Of a stretch of 64,000 nucleotides of DNA, positions 17,518 through 26,957 are shown piece after piece. Origin of the DNA: Patescibacteria group bacterium (GTDB taxonomy: Bacteria > Patescibacteriota > Minisyncoccia > Phycocordibacterales > UBA918); assembly GCA_019750255.1 (NCBI GenBank), contig JAIEOU010000003.1:19350-83349 (forward strand), given 5' to 3'. Numbering within the stretch: the stretch's first letter is position 1; each line of letters starts with the position of its first letter. The position numbers were made by a program, and so were the translations under genes. The notes under the pieces were generated by a model. It was given only the letters and a program-made list of their open reading frames with translations. It was not told the DNA's origin and searched no databases.

Positions 17518-19476
17518 ATGAATGACGCCCCCTACTTAGCTGGCCTCAACAGCGCCCAAAGAGACGCGGTTTTAGCAACGGCCGGGCCGGTTTTGGTTCT
17601 GGCAGGGGCCGGATCGGGAAAAACCCGGGTGATTACTCACCGAATTGTCCATCTCGTACACCAAGGAACGGCGCCTCATAATATTCTTGCGGTAACTTTT
17701 ACTAATAAGGCCGCCGGGGAAATGCGCGAGCGTGTTGGTGCACTCCTCCAGAAGTTTCCACCAAGCGAGCGTGCGGTCATTGACTCACTGCCCGTCGTTA
17801 CCACCTTCCACGCGTTTGGTGTGAGGATGTTGCGCGAGTTTCATGAGGTGATGGGTTTGCGTAAGCACTTCACCATTCTCGACCGCAGCGACAGCCTGCG
17901 CGCCATAAAGCAGGGCCTCACGGAAGCCCAATACGACCCAAAAGAATTCGAACCACGAAAGGTGCTCGGAATGATTTCAAGGGCAAAAGGCGACGGCATG
18001 ACCCCGCTGTCATACCGCGATGCCGCAAGCTCCTACCCAGAGGAAGTGGCAGCGACGGTGTGGGGGAAGTACGAAGCGATTCTCGCCAAAGAACAATCAC
18101 TCGACTTCGATGATTTACTCCAGAAAACCTACCGCCTCCTTTCTGAACATCCGACCGTCCGCACGGTGCTGCAACAGCGCTTTGCCTACATCCATGTGGA
18201 CGAATACCAAGACACTAACCGGTTACAGTTTGATATCGTAAAGTTACTTGCTGGGGACGATCATAATATATGTGTCGTGGGAGATATCGACCAAAATATT
18301 TACTCTTGGCGTGGCGCGGATATAAAAAATGTCCTTCAATTTGAACGGAGTTTTCCTGGTGCGCGCACGATTGTGCTCGCTGAGAACTACCGCTCGACAG
18401 GCACCATCATCAGTGCCAGCAATGAAATCATAGCCAAAAACAAGAACCGAATTGAAAAGGAAGTGTTCACGAGTAACGGGGTGGGTGACAAAATCAGCTT
18501 ATTTGCTGCCATGAGTGGCGGTGACGAGGCAGATTACATTGCCCGGACAGCAGCTGAGTTAATCAAGACAGGCACAGCACCTTCCGAGGTCGCGGTATTG
18601 TATCGAACTAACTTTCAGTCTCGCTCACTGGAAGAAGCATTTCTGCGAAACAACATTCCTTATCAGTTACTAGGGACAAAATTCTTTGAACGCAGGGAAG
18701 TAAAAGATATTCTGTCTTATCTGCGGCTAGCACTTAACCCGGACAGCCAGAGCGACCTTGCCCGAGTGGTAAATGAGCCTGCTCGGGGGATTGGGAAAGT
18801 AACTCTACTTAAGCTCATCGAAGGCAAACGTAGTGAACTTTCTGGGAAGGTACGAGAAAAAGTTGATGAGTTTTATGCCATCATGACCAGCATCACTGAG
18901 GCCGCAAGCATCTCGACTCCGTCAGATCTCATCAAATTCATCATGAAGCGCTCGGGCTACGAAGCCATGCTGAAAGAGCAGGGGACCGAAGAAGATCTGG
19001 AGCGCCTTGAAAACCTGCGCGAGCTCGTGTCGGTCGCCACCCGGTATGACGACCTGGCGCCCGAGGACGCCGTTACAGCCCTTCTTGAACGAGCGGCACT
19101 CGAGAGCGATCAAGATGAATTAAAAAACCGAGACGAACAAGACGCGGTGCGGCTCATGACCATTCATGCCGCGAAGGGACTGGAGTTTTCACAGGTATTC
19201 ATTAGCGGACTAGAGGAAGGTCTTTTTCCCCACGAACGTCTCGATGATGCCCGTATTGACCACGAAGAAGAGCGCCGCTTGTTTTATGTAGCACTAACAA
19301 GAGCAAAGCATAAACTGCACCTTACGTACGCTCATTTGCGCACCATTTACGGTACTCAGCGGGTAAATGTACCCTCGTCGTTTCTAAACGACATCAGCTC
19401 TACCCATATTGAAATTGACCAAGGTGGCCGGTGGACCAATGGGTCGGGCTACGAGACCACTATCTATTTGGACTAG
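17518..19476 (+). CDS. UvrD/PcrA/Rep-family ATP-dependent DNA helicase
   Basis: Walker A AGAGSGKTRV and helicase motifs (DEYQDTN, TIHAAKGLEF). The start is taken at the internal ATG at 17518, which follows a tgctatagt extended -10. Confidence 0.85.
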   Translation: MNDAPYLAGLNSAQRDAVLATAGPVLVLAGAGSGKTRVITHRIVHLVHQGTAPHNILAVTFTNKAAGEMRERVGALLQKFPPSERAVIDSLPVVTTFHAFGVRMLREFHEVMGLRKHFTILDRSDSLRAIKQGLTEAQYDPKEFEPRKVLGMISRAKGDGMTPLSYRDAASSYPEEVAATVWGKYEAILAKEQSLDFDDLLQKTYRLLSEHPTVRTVLQQRFAYIHVDEYQDTNRLQFDIVKLLAGDDHNICVVGDIDQNIYSWRGADIKNVLQFERSFPGARTIVLAENYRSTGTIISASNEIIAKNKNRIEKEVFTSNGVGDKISLFAAMSGGDEADYIARTAAELIKTGTAPSEVAVLYRTNFQSRSLEEAFLRNNIPYQLLGTKFFERREVKDILSYLRLALNPDSQSDLARVVNEPARGIGKVTLLKLIEGKRSELSGKVREKVDEFYAIMTSITEAASISTPSDLIKFIMKRSGYEAMLKEQGTEEDLERLENLRELVSVATRYDDLAPEDAVTALLERAALESDQDELKNRDEQDAVRLMTIHAAKGLEFSQVFISGLEEGLFPHERLDDARIDHEEERRLFYVALTRAKHKLHLTYAHLRTIYGTQRVNVPSSFLNDISSTHIEIDQGGRWTNGSGYETTIYLD

Positions 19477-19483
19477 TATTAAT

Positions 19484-20284
19484 ATGAATGACCGCTTTGT
19501 TCATAAAAAATCGCTAGGACAACACTTTCTTAATAGTCCGGTAATTCCTAGAAAGCTGTGCGACGCAGCCGACCTCATTCCGGGGGAAACGGTTGTAGAA
19601 ATTGGCCCTGGTACCGGTGCGCTCACCGCAGTATTGCTTGAGCGCGGGGTAAAGGTCATCGCTATCGAAACCGACGAAAGGGCTATTCTGCACCTCGAGG
19701 AACGCTTCGCGACAGAAATAATGGCTAAAATGCTAGTCATATCGGCACAAGACGCTCGCGAACTTGATCTCACTCAGTTAGGTCTTCACAATCAGGAGTA
19801 TAAAGTGGTAGCGAATATCCCTTACTACCTCTCGGGGTTTCTCTTTCGGACGTTCTTAGAAAACACGCTTCAGCCCTCAACTCTGGTTTTTTTGGTACAG
19901 AAAGAGGTGGCGGAGCGCATTGCTCGCGCTAAAAAAGCCTCGCTCCTATCTCTGTCGGTAGCCGTGTTTGGTAACCCTACATATATATGTACTGTAAAGC
20001 GGGGCAACTTCACCCCGGCTCCCAAAGTGGACTCGGCTATTATCGCCGTCCGTGACATTTCACGGGAACGCCTTATGGATATCGACCCTCGCCACTTTTT
20101 TTACTTACTTCACTTAGGCTTCGGGCAAAAACGTAAACAATTGCTTGGCAACCTAACCGCGGCCTATGAACGAACCACCCTCGAGCGTATTTTCAACGAG
20201 CAGAAATTGAATCTCAACATAAGGGCAGAGGACTTGTCTGTACCGCAGTGGGTTACTCTAGTCCACGCCTTACCACCACAATAA
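19484..20284 (+). CDS. rsmA: 16S rRNA (adenine1518/1519-N6)-dimethyltransferase
   Basis: MNDRFVHKKSLGQHFL... with the SAM-binding motif VVEIGPGTGALT, typical of KsgA. Confidence 0.85.
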   Translation: MNDRFVHKKSLGQHFLNSPVIPRKLCDAADLIPGETVVEIGPGTGALTAVLLERGVKVIAIETDERAILHLEERFATEIMAKMLVISAQDARELDLTQLGLHNQEYKVVANIPYYLSGFLFRTFLENTLQPSTLVFLVQKEVAERIARAKKASLLSLSVAVFGNPTYICTVKRGNFTPAPKVDSAIIAVRDISRERLMDIDPRHFFYLLHLGFGQKRKQLLGNLTAAYERTTLERIFNEQKLNLNIRAEDLSVPQWVTLVHALPPQ

Positions 20285-20397
20285 GCACCTCTTTATCCTC
20301 AGTTATTGCCCTATGTACACTAAGTTCTCCCCAGCTTAATCACATCTTGTTCGGTGTTCGTACACGGGAAGGGCTTCGACACTGCTATACTTTACGT

Positions 20398-21294
20398 ATG
20401 TTAGGTGGCATTAATCCCCGAGTGCTCGGATCGAGCTTTATTGGCTTAGCGCTCGTGTGTGGTGCTTGGGTTCTCAATTCCTTGCGGACGGCTCCCACCA
20501 CACCCCCCGAAGCCGCGGTGTACCTCGTTCAGGAAAATGCTCCAGTTCGGAACGCTCTTTCAACAGAAGACCAGAACACTGACGGCATCGAGGACTGGAA
20601 GGAGCCGTTCCTGACTGCTGCGCCAGTTATCTTAAACACCAGTTCCAGCTCAAATGAGCGAACAGGCACCCTCACCGAACAGGTAGGGATTAACCTCATG
20701 GAAAGCATGCTGATGGCGGAGAGCTTTGGTGCGGCCGGTGCGTCAAATGAGCAGCTCATCAAAAATTCGACCGAGCAGGCTTTTCTTGCAAATCGGGACC
20801 GCATCTATACCAGTAGCGACATCACGGTACTAACAAACCCTGAATTAGCGTCCATCCGCGACTACGCGAATGCGGTTGCTTTGATTCTCTCTACGAATGA
20901 TGTAAAGGGCTCAAAAAACGAGCTGCTTCTTTTTGACGAAGCGGTGCGCACTGGTAACCAGCAACTATTTGCTCAGATTACCCGCAAGGCAGACATGTAT
21001 AAGATCTATCGTGACGAGCTCCTCAAACTGCCCGTTCCACTAACCTTAACCCAGGAACACTTACGTCTTATTAATGTTTTTAATGTCATGGAGGCCAATA
21101 TCAGATCTATGACTGAACTTGACACCGACCCGCTAAAGACGCTCGTCCGACTGGAAAACTACCAAGATGACACCACCGAACTCGGTTTGGCATTGAATTA
21201 TTTTTATACTGGAATTTCTAAATTCCCTGACCTCTTCTCACCAAACGATCCAGCTCTTGCCTTTACCACCTTTGGTCAGTTGCAACAACAATAA
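20398..21294 (+). CDS. Hypothetical N-terminally membrane-anchored protein, first gene of the T4SS-like operon
   Basis: Internal Met followed by TM helix SSFIGLALVCGAWVL. An extended -10 tgctatact lies 6 nt upstream (leaderless). Confidence 0.4.
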   Translation: MLGGINPRVLGSSFIGLALVCGAWVLNSLRTAPTTPPEAAVYLVQENAPVRNALSTEDQNTDGIEDWKEPFLTAAPVILNTSSSSNERTGTLTEQVGINLMESMLMAESFGAAGASNEQLIKNSTEQAFLANRDRIYTSSDITVLTNPELASIRDYANAVALILSTNDVKGSKNELLLFDEAVRTGNQQLFAQITRKADMYKIYRDELLKLPVPLTLTQEHLRLINVFNVMEANIRSMTELDTDPLKTLVRLENYQDDTTELGLALNYFYTGISKFPDLFSPNDPALAFTTFGQLQQQ

Positions 21295-21304
21295 GTAATG
21301 TTCT

Positions 21305-23035
21305 ATGAAAACTCTTAACTTTCACTATTTCAATAAGCTCGTCTTTGGTTTTGTCTTCGTCCTGTTTGCGTTTACTACGGTATATATTCCACAGGACCAC
21401 ACACCGAGAGCGGAGGCACAAAACGTTGACCCCGCAGCGGTAGTCCAGCGAGAACGAGGGTGGTTCCAGTCACTCCTCGACTCTGTAAGCTTGACCGGAA
21501 CCTTTAAATCGGGCCTTGCTTCACTTGGTATTAACACCGCACAGTGGAGCGTGACGAGCATATTAAACGGTCTGGCCTGGGCCGCAGCCAAAAACATCCT
21601 TTCGATGATTCAGCGCGATATTGTGCGCTGGATTAATTCTGGTTTCCAAGGGAGTCCCGCGTTTATCCAAGATCTGGGAGGGTTTATCACCAACATAGCC
21701 GACGAAACGGCGGGGCAGTTGATTCAAGAAATCGGCGGGCCCTTATCGTTCGTATGTTCGCCGTTTCAGTTAGACGTACGAATTGCTGTTGCCTCCGCCT
21801 ATAACCGTACCCGCGATAAGAATGCTCGGCGATGTACCCTCACCGGCGCTCTGCAGAATATTCAAAACTTTATCGGCGGCGATATGAATCAAGGTGGCTG
21901 GGATTCATGGATTAGAATTGTGCACCAACCACAGTCTTACACTCCGCTCGGCTCTGCCCTCGATGCGAGCGCAGAGCTTGGTATCCGAATTCGTACCGCT
22001 CAAGGTCGCGAGGTAAACCTGCTTAACTGGGGCGGGGGATTCATGTCGAGCAAGGTTTGCGAAACAGTACCAGGCCCAAGTGGTGACGAGGAAAAATGCC
22101 GTGTTTCAACACCAGGTAATGTTATTGCCAACCAACTCAACCGGAGTTTAGGTCTTGGCGACGAATCGCTCATAGCCGCCGATCAGATTAACGAAATCAT
22201 TGGCGCTCTGATGCAACAGATGGTGAAGCAAGTACTAACCGGGGCAGGGGGGCTCCTCGGTGCGGGCGGTGGACAAGGCAGTAACTCCAAGTACACTGAT
22301 CCTAATTTCAACGTTGACCTCTTTACCGCAAAGACAGAGATTCAGGCAAATAGTAACGAGGGTCGGAAACTAATGATTGAAGCCTTTGCTGCTGAAAGTG
22401 AATTCTTAGATTTAGCGCAGAGCTTTATCGTTCGATACCAAAATGAGTACTCTGCTGATGGTGCGGTACAGGCAAGAGCAGCCGCCGCTTACAATGAGGC
22501 TCGTGAAGTCTTACCAAAGATACAAGACAATCTCACAAAGCTGCAAGCTATCCTTGCCAACTTTGACAGCGCGCCGAATTCTCAGGTGCAACAACAAGTT
22601 CTCCAGGACTTCACCGCCCAGTTTGCTTCGTTTAGCAACCAAATTCAGGTTGACGCAGCGCGCGAGCGGTGGATATCCGCCTTTATTGGCATGGGACCTC
22701 GACCAACGCCAGTAGCAGACAGCGTACTCGATAGTGCGGGTGAGGCGCTTTCAATCGAGGAGCTGTATCTGGATCTCGTTAATTCGGCTATTGACCAATA
22801 CGAAACACTGACAAACCCCAGTCCCGCAGAAAAGGTGGCGTACAATGAGGCTTTCGCTATCCTACCTGACATTCAACGTAACGTAATTGATCTACGAGAC
22901 ATCATTGACGCTCTTAAGGCCGGCGACAATGATGCCGAGGCGGACTTTACAGCCATTAAGCCTGACCTCCACACTGAAGTGGAGGTGACAAAAGCCCGCG
23001 TTGACTGGGAAGCGGCGCTCGGTACTTTACCGTAA
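21305..23035 (+). CDS. Hypothetical secreted protein (signal peptide; Gln/Ala-rich C-terminal half)
   Basis: Signal peptide MKTLNFHYFNKLVFGFVFVLFAFTTVYIP. 576 aa. Confidence 0.45.
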   Translation: MKTLNFHYFNKLVFGFVFVLFAFTTVYIPQDHTPRAEAQNVDPAAVVQRERGWFQSLLDSVSLTGTFKSGLASLGINTAQWSVTSILNGLAWAAAKNILSMIQRDIVRWINSGFQGSPAFIQDLGGFITNIADETAGQLIQEIGGPLSFVCSPFQLDVRIAVASAYNRTRDKNARRCTLTGALQNIQNFIGGDMNQGGWDSWIRIVHQPQSYTPLGSALDASAELGIRIRTAQGREVNLLNWGGGFMSSKVCETVPGPSGDEEKCRVSTPGNVIANQLNRSLGLGDESLIAADQINEIIGALMQQMVKQVLTGAGGLLGAGGGQGSNSKYTDPNFNVDLFTAKTEIQANSNEGRKLMIEAFAAESEFLDLAQSFIVRYQNEYSADGAVQARAAAAYNEAREVLPKIQDNLTKLQAILANFDSAPNSQVQQQVLQDFTAQFASFSNQIQVDAARERWISAFIGMGPRPTPVADSVLDSAGEALSIEELYLDLVNSAIDQYETLTNPSPAEKVAYNEAFAILPDIQRNVIDLRDIIDALKAGDNDAEADFTAIKPDLHTEVEVTKARVDWEAALGTLP

Positions 23036-23053
23036 CAGCCGCACATCTCTTAC

Positions 23054-25273
23054 ATGACACGCCTGCGCCAGCTCAATTTTCTCTACTGCCTATCACTCTG
23101 TCTTGTAGTGCTGGTTTTGGTACTGCCAACCCTCGTGTCGGCTCAGCAGGGTGGTGCTCCTGTTACCGCCTCAGAACAAAACACGCTTATGATGCGGGTG
23201 CTCTGGTGGATAGTCGCATCCGTCTTTGGCGGCCTTACCTGGGCTACTGGTTTACTCCTCGACTATAGTATTAGGGAGCTGGTAATTAATTTCGGTAGCC
23301 TCTACCAAACCTCAGGTTTAGGAGTAGCAGTAAACAACCTCTGGGGAGTGGTGCGCGATCTATTCAACCTCACGTTTATCTTCGGGCTCATTTATATTGG
23401 GTTCCGCATGATTATCAATAGCGATGACAGCGGGGCCAAGAAGGCGATCGTTAACCTGATTATCGCGGCACTGCTCGTTAACTTCAGTCTGTTTATCACG
23501 AAAACCGTCATCGATTTTTCCAATATTGCAGCGGTCCAGATCACCCAAGTAATATACCGGGGCGGAACCGCCACCAACCAATCCATCAGTGTAGCGTTTG
23601 GTGTCCAGATGGGACTCTCGAGTCTCTGGGGACAGACCCAAGAGCAAGCAAATACAGCACGTCTACAAACAGGGGGAGATCTGCCAGGACAAGGGGGGCT
23701 GCTCTATATATTTGGGGCGATGATCCTCTTTTTGATTGCAGCATTTTGTTTTGCGGCGGGAGCAATACTCCTCTTTGTCCGCTTTATTGCCCTGAATATC
23801 ATGATGATTCTTTCTCCCATCATGTTCCTTGGCCGAGTGTTTGAACCACTGCAGACCTATTCCTCTGCCTATTGGAAGAAGTTCCTGAGCTACTGCTTTT
23901 TTGCCCCAGCGTTTCTTTTAATGCTGTATTTCTCTCTCTATATCCTCGGTCAATTCACTGGCTCTATCCGCAATTCAAGTGGCCTCGCGGCCGAGCTTGG
24001 TCCAGGCGCCACTGGAGTTAACGCAATTGCAGCACTGCTGATGTCAGGCGGGTTCCTGATCGCCTCAGTGCTGGTCGCGCAAAAGATGAGTGGGGCAGCC
24101 GGAAGCATGACGGTTAAGGTGGGAAACAACCTGCGCGAGCGGGGACAGCGTATGATTGGTGCCTCAACGTTTGGAGCTGGCGCCTACGTCGGCCAAAGGA
24201 CTCTCGGTCGCGCCAGTGCCCGACTGTCTGACTCAGATACCATGAAGAACTGGGCATCGAGAAACCCAACAATGGGTAGAGCTGCGCTCAAGGTTACAAG
24301 TGCAGTAGGGGATGCATCATTTGATGGACGCGCCGCTCTCGCGGCAGCAGGTGTTAAAGGTCTTGGTAGTGCAACCAAGGGAGGCTATGAAACGCGCATG
24401 AAGGAAGCCGCTAAATCTGATAGGGAGTTTGCTGATACTCTCGGTGAGCAAAAGCTTGCTGACGCGGCGACACAAGCCGGAAGAACAGAACGAGCTTCAC
24501 AAATTGCTCCGGCAATAGCCACGATTAAGGCCGACTCAACAACCGAAGGTACCGCTGGCTACGAACTTAAGCAGACAGAGACTAAGCAGGCGAATGCACG
24601 AACAGTCACCTTAGCGGCTAATAATGAATTGTCTTCGATACAGCAAAACAGTAGAGCAGCCCAAGAGCCAGAACTCCAGAAGATTGCACTCTACCAAGAA
24701 CAGTTAGCCGCTGCGACAGACCCGACAGTGATAGCGAGCCTTAAGGATAAAATTAAAGCCAGCACCGACAAAGCTAAGGAGATTGAAGGAAATTTTGATA
24801 CTGCCACTAAAGCAGCGCAACAGAAAGTTACTGCTGCCCAGGCAGCCGAAAAAGGTATCGAGGCTCAGATTAAGTCAATCAATGACAAAATTGCCAAACA
24901 AGCGGAAGCGCGGTTTACCTATGCTCGCCAACTTACACTCATTGAGAGCCGAAAAAAGAGTCGCGATCGCTACACCGTAAAACTTCCTCGTGCCGTTAGT
25001 GGTGGAGCGGGCGCGGCCGGAGCGGCAGCCGCAGGGGCAGGTTTGTACGCAGCTGGGACTGCCGGGGCAGGGGCACTGGCTCTTGGTAGTGTCGTAAATT
25101 CGTATGGTGAAAGCTATGGCGCTCAAGTGGAAGCGTTAGAAAAAACCTACGGCAAAGACGGGACTAAGAAAATAAAAGCTTCGGAGCAAAAGAATAAAAT
25201 GAAAGAGCTCGGTGAAGTTTTGAAAGAAGAAGGGGTGATACCTAAAGAAAAGAAAGCTGATAAGGATGATTAA
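23054..25273 (+). CDS. VirB6/TrbL-like polytopic membrane protein with long C-terminal coiled-coil/Ala-rich tail
   Basis: Signal peptide followed by at least 6 TM helices, then a hydrophilic region of about 350 aa (KAKEIEGNFDTATKAAQQKV...). This architecture is typical of monoderm T4SS VirB6 homologs. Confidence 0.5.
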   Translation: MTRLRQLNFLYCLSLCLVVLVLVLPTLVSAQQGGAPVTASEQNTLMMRVLWWIVASVFGGLTWATGLLLDYSIRELVINFGSLYQTSGLGVAVNNLWGVVRDLFNLTFIFGLIYIGFRMIINSDDSGAKKAIVNLIIAALLVNFSLFITKTVIDFSNIAAVQITQVIYRGGTATNQSISVAFGVQMGLSSLWGQTQEQANTARLQTGGDLPGQGGLLYIFGAMILFLIAAFCFAAGAILLFVRFIALNIMMILSPIMFLGRVFEPLQTYSSAYWKKFLSYCFFAPAFLLMLYFSLYILGQFTGSIRNSSGLAAELGPGATGVNAIAALLMSGGFLIASVLVAQKMSGAAGSMTVKVGNNLRERGQRMIGASTFGAGAYVGQRTLGRASARLSDSDTMKNWASRNPTMGRAALKVTSAVGDASFDGRAALAAAGVKGLGSATKGGYETRMKEAAKSDREFADTLGEQKLADAATQAGRTERASQIAPAIATIKADSTTEGTAGYELKQTETKQANARTVTLAANNELSSIQQNSRAAQEPELQKIALYQEQLAAATDPTVIASLKDKIKASTDKAKEIEGNFDTATKAAQQKVTAAQAAEKGIEAQIKSINDKIAKQAEARFTYARQLTLIESRKKSRDRYTVKLPRAVSGGAGAAGAAAAGAGLYAAGTAGAGALALGSVVNSYGESYGAQVEALEKTYGKDGTKKIKASEQKNKMKELGEVLKEEGVIPKEKKADKDD

Positions 25274-25282
25274 TATTCACCT

Positions 25283-25816
25283 ATGAACCCAACTATTGCT
25301 GACGAACGCCTCTATCAAATCACCGACCCTGCCTATCGCGACTACATTTTAAGTGGCGACACGACTGACCTGGCTATTATTCTTGGCTCGACCCATAACT
25401 TAGACGAGCAGGCAGTGGGAGTACTTGAGAATGCGATTGATCTTTATCTTTTATGGCTCCTCGACGCCACCGGCCTGGCGACATTTATTAGTCGTCAATG
25501 CGACCTCTCATTAGATGATGCCGCGGTACTGGTTGCCGCTATAGACCTTGCCCTACCTGAAGACGTTCTCCAAGCACACGCACACCCAGAGGCGATGTTA
25601 CAGGCAGCTCCGTCACCAACTATTGCCACCGAAATTGCCGCCACCGAAGCCGCACTTGCGCACATCTCAACCGTGCGCACGATGGCGCGCGACATGGAGG
25701 ACCTAAAGAGCCAAGCACCGCAGGATAATGCTATCTATAAATCATCTCAAGATACCATTCGGCCCGACAGCACACAGGCCGACACCTCTCGGTGGGGTAG
25801 TGGTGCTCAAAAGTAA
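25283..25816 (+). CDS. Hypothetical acidic protein
   Basis: ORF in the operon with no recognisable motif. Confidence 0.35.
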   Translation: MNPTIADERLYQITDPAYRDYILSGDTTDLAIILGSTHNLDEQAVGVLENAIDLYLLWLLDATGLATFISRQCDLSLDDAAVLVAAIDLALPEDVLQAHAHPEAMLQAAPSPTIATEIAATEAALAHISTVRTMARDMEDLKSQAPQDNAIYKSSQDTIRPDSTQADTSRWGSGAQK

Positions 25817-25886
25817 CGAACACATGGGGATACCGGGAGCCGCTTCGTCATATAACGGAGCGGCTCCATGTATAATGAACTAATCT

Positions 25887-26309
25887 ATGCGTTTTGAGGT
25901 TCCTCAGTTTATCGAGATCGAAGACCGCATCATAGGTCCTTTTAGTTGGCGTCAGTTTTTGTATTTAGGCGGCGGTCTGGGCATGGGAGTAGTGCTCTTT
26001 TTAACGACGCCCTTTATCGTTTTTCTTCTCATCGGCCTTCCTCTCGCCGTTCTGGCGCTGGCACTGGCTTTTTATCCAATAAATAATCGACCTTTTTCTT
26101 TCTTCTTGGAGGCGATGTTTAACTACTTCTACAACCATCGTCTCTATCTGTGGCGCCGCAAAGAGCAGGTAATCTATAAAAAGGAACCGGCCCCAAGCAC
26201 CGTGGTCGATGATCTTACCACCACAAGTACACAGAAGCCCCGACATCAGTCCATTTCCTCCCTGTCTCGCCAACTCGAACTGCAAGCACTCCAAAAAAAA
26301 GATTTATAA
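25887..26309 (+). CDS. PrgI/VirB3-like small 2-TM membrane protein
   Basis: RQFLYLGGGLGMGVVLFLTTPFIVFLLIGLPLAVLALALAF gives two adjacent TM helices. It lies immediately upstream of VirB4, the conserved VirB3/PrgI position. Confidence 0.45.
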   Translation: MRFEVPQFIEIEDRIIGPFSWRQFLYLGGGLGMGVVLFLTTPFIVFLLIGLPLAVLALALAFYPINNRPFSFFLEAMFNYFYNHRLYLWRRKEQVIYKKEPAPSTVVDDLTTTSTQKPRHQSISSLSRQLELQALQKKDL

Positions 26310-26312
26310 CCT

Positions 26313-26948
26313 ATGCCCAAAGCCACTCCAGCCAGCCAAGAATTCGTTAGTATTCGCGACATCCGCGAGGGTGTTGTGATGTTAAAAGGGGGACAGACGT
26401 GCAGCGTTCTACTGGCTTCTTCCATAAATTTTGCCTTAAAGTCACAAGACGAACAGCGTGCAATCTTGCTCCAGTTCCAAAACTTTCTCAACACGTTAGA
26501 TTTTTCAATTCAAATCTATGTACAATCTCGCCGCATGAACATCGAGCCCTACCTAGAGCTCTTACGAACACGAGAGGGGGATCAGGACAATGACCTGATG
26601 CGCGTACAGCTACGGGAATACATGGAGTTCGTCCGTACTTTTACCACCGAAGTCGACGTCATGACCAAAAGCTTCTTTGTTATAGTGCCTTACACACCAG
26701 CGCCACTTAATCTTTCAAAAAACCTGGGGTCATTCTTGGCGCAAGGCAAGTCAGCCCCCGCAACGACAGAGACGCGCTTCGAAGAACAGCGTGTTGCGCT
26801 TGAGCAGCGCATTGCGATTGTGAAGCAAGGACTCGATCGTATCGGCGTTCGCACGATTGCCCTTGGCAATGACGAGCTCGTTGAATTTTATTACCACATA
26901 TACAACCCCGGTGATCCTACCTCAAGCGCGCCCTCAGCCGACGTCTAA
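26313..26948 (+). CDS. VirB4/TrbE/CagE-family ATPase, N-terminal domain (separated from the ATPase domain by an in-frame TAA)
   Basis: IRDIREGVVMLKGGQTCSVLLASSINFALKSQDEQRAILLQFQNFLNTLDFSIQIYVQS matches the CagE_TrbE_VirB N-terminal pattern. It is in the same frame as 26958..28754. Confidence 0.55.
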   Translation: MPKATPASQEFVSIRDIREGVVMLKGGQTCSVLLASSINFALKSQDEQRAILLQFQNFLNTLDFSIQIYVQSRRMNIEPYLELLRTREGDQDNDLMRVQLREYMEFVRTFTTEVDVMTKSFFVIVPYTPAPLNLSKNLGSFLAQGKSAPATTETRFEEQRVALEQRIAIVKQGLDRIGVRTIALGNDELVEFYYHIYNPGDPTSSAPSADV

Positions 26949-26957
26949 TTAATAATT

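Noticed and set aside
20248-20397. Upstream extension of the first T4SS-operon ORF (would overlap the rsmA 3' end)
   Set aside because: The extension would overlap the end of rsmA in another frame and precede the tgctatact promoter. The internal Met, followed directly by a TM anchor, is preferred.
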